In this document: positions 58,501 to 64,000 of the stretch, piece by piece
Layout: each line of letters opens with the position of its first letter
Position numbering within the stretch: the stretch's first letter is position 1
Assembly: GCA_030698395.1 (NCBI GenBank)
Contig: JAUYKW010000020.1
Coordinates: 1,741 to 65,740 of the forward strand
Direction of reading: 5' to 3'
DNA: 64,000 nucleotides
DNA from: a bacterium
Lineage (GTDB): Bacteria; Patescibacteriota; Patescibacteriia; UBA9570
The notes under the pieces: generated by a model
Told to the model about the DNA's origin: nothing
The model's input: only the letters and a program-made list of their open reading frames with translations
Database searches by the model: none
Translations under genes and position numbers: made by a program

Positions 58501-59217
58501 TTATAAAAAAGATACTACTGAGTAAATCATATATCCACCCAGAGACAATAAAAATAATCCAGTTCCTAATCGCATCAAGCCACGATGTTTCTTCCGCCAT
58601 ACTTCCAAATTATCTCCTTTCCCAATGTAAGCAAGTGTAATAACTACCAATAAAGGAAGGATAAAAATAAAATTGTAGATCAATAAATATGGAACAGCGA
58701 TAGAGTACTCGCCTTTACCCAATAATGCCAGCACTGCAAAATATGGAGCGCCGGTACATGGTAACTCCACCATCACAACAAAAATTCCCAATAAACCAAC
58801 TAATAACAAACTCGAACTCGGATATTTCTTTTGATACTCTTCAATTTTTGCTACATAAAGTTTTAAACGTTTAGCTCCACCTGGTAGCATTTGTAAAGAA
58901 AATCCCTTACCATACCAAAAATAATCTTTAATCTCAAACAGTCCAGCAATTATTGTAACAATAGCAACAATCCAATAAAAAAAATTTGATACACCAATTG
59001 ATACTGTAACTCTTAAAATACCGAAACCTAATGCTAGGTATGTTACATATACAACGGCTGAGTATAATAAACCTCCTAATAACATTTGATTCCTCTTTTT
59101 GTATATCCGTGTCAGAAATGCTAATAAAAATATTAGCACGCCAAATACGCAGGGATTAATAGAATCTGCCAATGCTGCACCTACGATAACTCCTAATGTA
59201 ATATTCTCTCCGATCAT
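58501..59217 (-). CDS. ccdA: cytochrome c-type biogenesis / thiol-disulfide transporter CcdA (DsbD TM-domain family)
   Basis: Conserved cysteines in TM1 (SINPCVFGV) and TM4 (ELPCTGAPYF), 6 TM helices. Confidence 0.7.
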   Translation of the reverse strand: MIGENITLGVIVGAALADSINPCVFGVLIFLLAFLTRIYKKRNQMLLGGLLYSAVVYVTYLALGFGILRVTVSIGVSNFFYWIVAIVTIIAGLFEIKDYFWYGKGFSLQMLPGGAKRLKLYVAKIEEYQKKYPSSSLLLVGLLGIFVVMVELPCTGAPYFAVLALLGKGEYSIAVPYLLIYNFIFILPLLVVITLAYIGKGDNLEVWRKKHRGLMRLGTGLFLLSLGGYMIYSVVSFL

Positions 59218-59226
59218 ATTAATATA

Positions 59227-59685
59227 TTATGGTAACTGGCAACCCGATGCCTCAGCTAAATCTGCTAAAGATTGTGGTCCTGATTCAAATCTATATAGAT
59301 CGTTACCTTTTGCATCTTCCAAAATCCAAGTAGGTGTATGAGAAATATCTTTTGCAATACACCGCTCTGCTTCATTATCTTCATTTCTAGGATCACACTC
59401 AATTTCTTCGATATACTGAAACGAACTACCGAACAATTCACGCTGCCTTTCACAAAATGAACAGGTTACAGATCCGTACATCTTCATGCCAGTAGCATCT
59501 AAGCATTGTGCGAATTCATCATATTCTCCCACATCAGAAATAGAATATGTATCTTCATTTTCAATCTTAGATCTATCAGGTGCTAGAAAAATAAAATAAC
59601 TAATCATTAACAAACCTACTACAACGATGGCAATCGTAACATATTTAACTTGCTTGCTTTCTTTGTTATTTTTAGATTCTGACAT
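59227..59685 (-). CDS. membrane-anchored thioredoxin-fold protein with CxxC motif
   Basis: N-terminal TM; YGSVTCSFCERQ CxxC; immediately downstream of ccdA. Confidence 0.5.
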   Translation of the reverse strand: MSESKNNKESKQVKYVTIAIVVVGLLMISYFIFLAPDRSKIENEDTYSISDVGEYDEFAQCLDATGMKMYGSVTCSFCERQRELFGSSFQYIEEIECDPRNEDNEAERCIAKDISHTPTWILEDAKGNDLYRFESGPQSLADLAEASGCQLP

Positions 59686-59689
59686 ATTC

Positions 59690-60298
59690 CTAACAATCTA
59701 GCTCACCACCAATAGAACATCCTGAGGTTGCCTCACCTTCAAAAATGCCTGGTTCTGATCCACTAAATATATAATCATCTGGATTAACTGCAGTTTCTCC
59801 ATCATGATTCCACATATTCCAATAATATTTCCACTCACTCCAACCTATTCCTAAATGTTGTACATACACCCCATTATCTGCGAGCATCAATCCAATCTTT
59901 CTACCAGTCATGCATGGTGCACTATAGCAATAAACAACAATATCTGTGTTTTGCGGTAACTCTTTAAACGAATTTACTATTCTGTCTACAGAATCATAAT
60001 CAGATTTATCTGGAGTAGCATAAACTGGAATATTGATTGCTCCAATAATATGCGCGGTTTCATATTCTTCCTGACTTCTTAAATCTACCAATGTAACTTC
60101 ACCATCACCAATATGTTTGCGCACATGATGTGGACTCACATGAACTGCATTTTCTACCTCATAGAACTCGGCAATTAGTTCTTCCTGTGTTTTCACTGTA
60201 TCTTCCGTAACTTCTGGAGCCTGATAATACAAAATGACTGTCGCGGTTACAGCTCCTGCAACTGCACCTACAATCAATGAAATTAACAAATTTTTCAT
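59690..60298 (-). CDS. rhodanese-like domain protein, membrane-anchored
   Basis: N-terminal TM; rhodanese fold pattern (VTLVDLRSQEEYETAHIIGAINIP), active-site loop CYSAPCMTGRK. Confidence 0.6.
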   Translation of the reverse strand: MKNLLISLIVGAVAGAVTATVILYYQAPEVTEDTVKTQEELIAEFYEVENAVHVSPHHVRKHIGDGEVTLVDLRSQEEYETAHIIGAINIPVYATPDKSDYDSVDRIVNSFKELPQNTDIVVYCYSAPCMTGRKIGLMLADNGVYVQHLGIGWSEWKYYWNMWNHDGETAVNPDDYIFSGSEPGIFEGEATSGCSIGGELDC

Positions 60299-60316
60299 AC
60301 AATGAATATTTTATTA

Positions 60317-60475
60317 TTAGCAAAATTCACAATTACCATCAGAGTCAGTATCCAATTTTTGTTCACTACCACAACATTGCTGACAACAATAATCTTTATC
60401 TTCTTCTTGGTGAATTCCTTCTGATTTATTTTTCTCTTTTCCGCATTTAATACAAACAAATTTATCTTCTTCCAT
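60317..60475 (-). CDS. small cysteine-rich protein (52 aa; C-x2-C ... CC-x2-CC ... C-x2-C), putative metal-binding
   Basis: Minus-strand ORF MEEDKFVCIKCGKEKNKSEGIHQEEDKDYCCQQCCGSEQKLDTDSDGNCEFC read directly; below ORF-track size cutoff. Confidence 0.45.
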   Translation of the reverse strand: MEEDKFVCIKCGKEKNKSEGIHQEEDKDYCCQQCCGSEQKLDTDSDGNCEFC

Positions 60476-60932
60476 ATATTGAATATTAAGGTATAAAATT
60501 ATATATATTAAGTATACATCAATGTTTCTACTTATAAAAGCGATGCTAAATAACTTTCATTTTTGAATTTTCCTCTAAACTTATCTAGCAACTCAACCAT
60601 CGGAGGTAACGAGATGTCTGATAGCAGAGTGTGTGGAAAGTGCAGTACATCGATCTACGCCCGTGGTGAGGCTCATCTGGTGCCGAACCCCCCACTCGGA
60701 CGGACGCTGGCACCAGCCCTCCCCTCGACGGGCTGAGAGTCGCCAAACGACAGGACCTCTTCGTCAGACGCAGTTTAGCAGCTGTTGTTCGATCGAAGGG
60801 GTCCATTCTTTTTACAAGAAATTTTTGCCAAAATACGCTTTACTTTTGCAAAACTTGATGCCATACTTTTAAAGTATTGGTTTTAATGATTATTCATGAA
60901 CTGGTACCAAGTTAATTATATAGTTACATTTC

Positions 60933-61187
60933 ATGGAAAATAAACTTTTTGTAGGTGGAATACCATTCCAATTATCAGAGGAAGAACTTCAAGCAGCCTT
61001 CGCACAAGCTGGAGAAGTTACATCTGTCAGAATTATTGTTGATAAAATGACCGGACGCTCACGTGGCTTCGGATTTGTAGAAATGTCATCTTCTGAACAA
61101 GCAAAAGCGGCAATGGAAATGTGGGACGGCAAGGAACTTGAAGGACGACAAATTGCTGTAAAGGAAGCAAAGGCACGAGAAGAATAA
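60933..61187 (+). CDS. RRM-type RNA-binding protein
   Basis: RNP-2 LFVGGI and RNP-1 RGFGFVEM. Confidence 0.85.
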   Translation: MENKLFVGGIPFQLSEEELQAAFAQAGEVTSVRIIVDKMTGRSRGFGFVEMSSSEQAKAAMEMWDGKELEGRQIAVKEAKAREE

Positions 61188-61235
61188 AGACAAAACATAC
61201 ACAACGCAAGATATTACAAAAAATCTAAACACGAT

Positions 61236-61277
61236 AAAAAAGTAGAGACATGCCATGGCATGTCTCTACCTTTTATT
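61236..61277. terminator. bidirectional rho-independent terminator (perfect 28-bp palindrome GTAGAGACATGCCATGGCATGTCTCTAC flanked by A-run and T-run)
   Basis: Read directly; between convergent RRM and FKBP genes. Confidence 0.85.
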
Positions 61278-61327
61278 AAATGATTCGATCAAACACCAGG
61301 ATAAACCCGGGGTTTTGCTTTTTCATT

Positions 61328-61663
61328 TTATATAACGTCCAGCAATTCAACGTCAAAATGAAGCACTGCTCCACCTGGTATTACATCACCTGCTCCAGAA
61401 TCGCCATATCCAAGTTCTGCTGGAATTACTAATTTTCGTTTCCCACCAACTTTCATACCAGCAACACCTTCATCCCAACCTTTTATTACCATCCCTGCAC
61501 CCAAATTAAATTTAAATGGTCCTCGACTAATAGAACTATCAAACTCCGTACCATCTTCTAAAGTTCCGGTATAATGAACACTAACCATATGTCCAGCCTC
61601 GGCTTCCTTGCCTTCGCCTACCTGTAAATCTTCATATTGTAAACCTGAAACTGTTGTTTCCAT
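61328..61663 (-). CDS. FKBP-type peptidyl-prolyl cis-trans isomerase
   Basis: [48 protein letters not shown]. Confidence 0.85.
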   Translation of the reverse strand: METTVSGLQYEDLQVGEGKEAEAGHMVSVHYTGTLEDGTEFDSSISRGPFKFNLGAGMVIKGWDEGVAGMKVGGKRKLVIPAELGYGDSGAGDVIPGGAVLHFDVELLDVI

Positions 61664-61681
61664 ATTTTATTTTATTACTTG

Positions 61682-62842
61682 TTAAACTTGTCCATTTAAA
61701 CGCATTGGAGTTACAGAAACATCTCCTTTTCGTTCTTCCATTCCAGATACAGGCAATGTAAAAAAGAATTTTGATCCTTTATTTTCAACCGTTTCAAACC
61801 AAATTTTACCACCACATATTTCAACTATAGACTTAGCAAAATATAAGCCCAAACCATTTCCACTGATCTGTTCTTTTCTTGCATTATCACCACGGAAAAA
61901 TTTATCGAATATTCGGTGCTGTTGATCCTTTGTAATGTCCAGGCCATTATCTTCTATTAAGAAATAGATATCGTTTTCCTCTTGGCTAATTTTAACTACT
62001 ACCTTTCCTTTTGGATGCGAATATTTTATTGCATTCGATAACAAATTAGCAATTAATTCTCTCACTAATTTTCTATCAAGATTAATTTCCGGCAAATCAT
62101 CACTGACATCTTTAATAAATTCTATCTCTTTGTTTTTTATTGAACCTTGAAGTTCTTCAGAAATTATATCAACAAATTCTTTAATATTAGTAAGTTCAGG
62201 TTTGACTGTTAGTCTACCTGATTCAATACGTCCAACATTAAGTAATATAGAAACCAAATCATGTAAATGATCGCTAGACTTTTCTAACATTTCAATAGCA
62301 TCTTTTTGCTGATCACTTAGATTAGCAAAGTCTTCAAAACCTTTGAAAAGTTCTAATGACCAATTAATCCCAGTTAATGGTGTTTGCAACTGATGTACAG
62401 CAACTGATATAAAATCCGACTGTAATTTATCAATTTCTTTATGTAAGGTTATATCCTCTTCTGTTCCGATGTATCCCAATATTTTATGCTTTTCATCTAA
62501 AATTGGCGACACAATAACTTTAGAAACGTACTCCTCACCATTCTTTCTACGATTAGTTATCTCACCGCTAAAATTTTGCTTTTTAATTTTTATCGTATTC
62601 CACATTTCCTGATAAAATTCTTTACCCATTAATCCACCCCAAAGACTAGGTCTATTGCCAATAATTTCCTCAAGTGAATATCCAGTTATTCTAGCAACTG
62701 CAGGATTTGCATAAACAATTTTCGCATCAGGATCAGTTATAATAAAATGATTAAATGCGCTTTCACTAGCACGATGAAAAGGATTACCACCATCTGTTCT
62801 TTTTGATATATCAATGACAATTTGTGAAATCTCTTTAGCCAC
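61682..62842 (-). CDS. cytoplasmic PAS-domain sensor histidine kinase
   Basis: PAS S-box (IVYANPAVARITGYSLEEIIG), H-box HQLQTPLTGI, N-box LLSNAIKYS, G-boxes DNGLDI / GNGLGLYFAK. Confidence 0.85.
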   Translation of the reverse strand: MAKEISQIVIDISKRTDGGNPFHRASESAFNHFIITDPDAKIVYANPAVARITGYSLEEIIGNRPSLWGGLMGKEFYQEMWNTIKIKKQNFSGEITNRRKNGEEYVSKVIVSPILDEKHKILGYIGTEEDITLHKEIDKLQSDFISVAVHQLQTPLTGINWSLELFKGFEDFANLSDQQKDAIEMLEKSSDHLHDLVSILLNVGRIESGRLTVKPELTNIKEFVDIISEELQGSIKNKEIEFIKDVSDDLPEINLDRKLVRELIANLLSNAIKYSHPKGKVVVKISQEENDIYFLIEDNGLDITKDQQHRIFDKFFRGDNARKEQISGNGLGLYFAKSIVEICGGKIWFETVENKGSKFFFTLPVSGMEERKGDVSVTPMRLNGQV

Positions 62843-62958
62843 CTATTTTATGAAGTAATTAATAATATATTCCGAACCAGTATTATGATAGCTTACCAAG
62901 ACACAAATATAAAGTAAATACTAAAATAACTTTCATTGATACACTCTTTGATGTATAC

Positions 62959-63456
62959 TTGGTTATATCATTAAATTTAAAAAATATGGCCAAATTAGAA
63001 ATTGGAGATAAGGCGCCTAATTTCATTCTACTAGATCAAAATGAAGCTTCTCATAGTTTAACTGACTATCTCGGCAAATGGATATTATTATATTTCTATC
63101 CCAAAGATAATACACCAGGTTGCACTAAAGAAGCCTGCGAATTAAGAAACTCATATACTGAATATAATAAAAATAATATTACAATTCTTGGTGTCAGCAC
63201 GGATTCTAGCAAAAGTCATAAAGGTTTTGCAGACAAAAACAATCTACCATTTACATTATTAGCAGACTCCGATAAAAAAGTGGTGACTCTTTATAATGTC
63301 CAAGGAGTAAAAAAAATATTTGGTAAAGAATTTAACGGCACAAAAAGAATTTCTTACCTAATTAATCCAGAAGGTAACATTGCAAAAATTTATCTAAAAG
63401 TTAAACCTACTGAACATGCATCGGAAGTTATTGCTGATGTGCTGAAAAAAATCTAA
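62959..63456 (+). CDS. bcp: peroxiredoxin, Bcp type (AhpC/TSA family)
   Basis: YFYPKDNTPGCTKEACELR with peroxidatic Cys. Confidence 0.85.
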   Translation: MVISLNLKNMAKLEIGDKAPNFILLDQNEASHSLTDYLGKWILLYFYPKDNTPGCTKEACELRNSYTEYNKNNITILGVSTDSSKSHKGFADKNNLPFTLLADSDKKVVTLYNVQGVKKIFGKEFNGTKRISYLINPEGNIAKIYLKVKPTEHASEVIADVLKKI

Positions 63457-63465
63457 AGTAATATA

Positions 63466-63499
63466 TAAAAAACACCAGCTTACAGCCGGTGTTTTTTTA
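63466..63499. terminator. bidirectional terminator hairpin (ACACCAGC-TTACA-GCCGGTGT) with flanking A-run / T-run
   Basis: Between convergent bcp and rhodanese-like genes. Confidence 0.7.
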
Positions 63500-63500
63500 T

Positions 63501-63842
63501 TTAATTTTTTTCTGGTTGATATGCTCCAACCCCACCAGTCATATTGATGAAATGATATTGGGTCAATTTTGGTTTTAATTGTTTTTGTAAGTGACCAGAT
63601 GTTCCACCAGAATGACAGTACAAAACAAAGTAAGTTCCGTCCGGATACTTCTTCTCAAATAATTCATTCGATATGGGTATAGATCCAGCTACTGGCTGAT
63701 TAATCATATCTATTAATACAACTTCTATTCCTTGTTCCGAAAGCTCAGCTTTCTTTTTGTAGTATTCTTGCCATGTCCATTTGTCCGATCCTCCACCTTC
63801 TAGTGAACAAGCATTTTTTGTGTAAAGTTTTGAAATATCCAT
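63501..63842 (-). CDS. single-domain rhodanese-like sulfurtransferase
   Basis: FVLYCHSGGTSGHL active-site loop (C-x-S-G-x-x-S). Confidence 0.65.
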   Translation of the reverse strand: MDISKLYTKNACSLEGGGSDKWTWQEYYKKKAELSEQGIEVVLIDMINQPVAGSIPISNELFEKKYPDGTYFVLYCHSGGTSGHLQKQLKPKLTQYHFINMTGGVGAYQPEKN

Positions 63843-63885
63843 GCGATTTATACTAACAGTTTTTTTTATTTATGCAATATTTTAG

Positions 63886-64000
63886 CTATTCTTCGCTTGC
63901 TTCCTTTTTTCTTTGAGACGATCTATCAACTGAGAAAAACTTCTACTAATAGCCTGCAGTTTAGTTTGAACTATTGCAGGATCAGGACTTTCAATTAATA
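63886..64000 (-). CDS. hypothetical protein, partial (C-terminal 38 aa; 5' end beyond window)
   Basis: Minus-strand frame ...LIESPDPAIVQTKLQAISRSFSQLIDRLKEKRKQAKNS-stop; open to the window edge. Confidence 0.3.

Noticed and set aside
60585-60830. RNase P RNA or SRP RNA assignment for the GC-rich intergenic patch
   Set aside because: Could not find P4 consensus (GGAAAGUCCGG / AGAACCCGGCUUA) or SRP domain IV motif (GGAAGCAGCCA) on either strand by eye; left as an unclassified ncRNA candidate.
1-64000. CRISPR arrays, IS elements/transposases, rRNA genes
   Set aside because: No regularly spaced direct repeats, no transposase-like ORFs and no rRNA-like conserved stretches were seen; the only tandem repeats are coding (42-bp repeats and acidic DxD repeats).

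Overview
AT-rich (about 33-35% GC) bacterial chromosome segment with compact gene arrangement, possibly a CPR/Patescibacteria-like or other reduced-genome lineage; lineage is a guess. Coordinates 1-31020 are almost entirely minus-strand genes: a Clp/Hsp100 ATPase with an unusual N-terminal zinc ribbon and transmembrane segments, tgt, recO, ileS (type 2, with a candidate T-box leader), argS, a GT4 glycosyltransferase, PgeF, and a 2223-aa giant protein. A plus-strand block follows: smpB, a clear tmRNA (ssrA), infC-rpmI-rplT, rsmG. The remainder is mixed: rarA; an ECF sigma / anti-sigma-like / ASST-like trio; a PP2C phosphatase divergent from an ~1800-aa giant protein; glgP; trmB; a lexA / Y-family polymerase SOS cassette with a visible SOS box; SRAP/YedK; a CcdA / thioredoxin-like / rhodanese cluster; a PAS histidine kinase; FKBP; and Bcp. 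The main anomaly is a ~5.1-kb island at about 14640-19760 of roughly 62-65% GC. It sits inside the collinear minus-strand array. It encodes a 1015-aa protein whose N-terminus carries tubulin/FtsZ GTPase signature motifs, plus a signal-peptide vWA (MIDAS) - Ig-like - single-TM - cytoplasmic-tail protein, with hairpin-rich boundaries. Two smaller GC-rich patches are seen at 50975-51240 and 60585-60830. No rRNA, tRNA, CRISPR or transposase genes were recognised.
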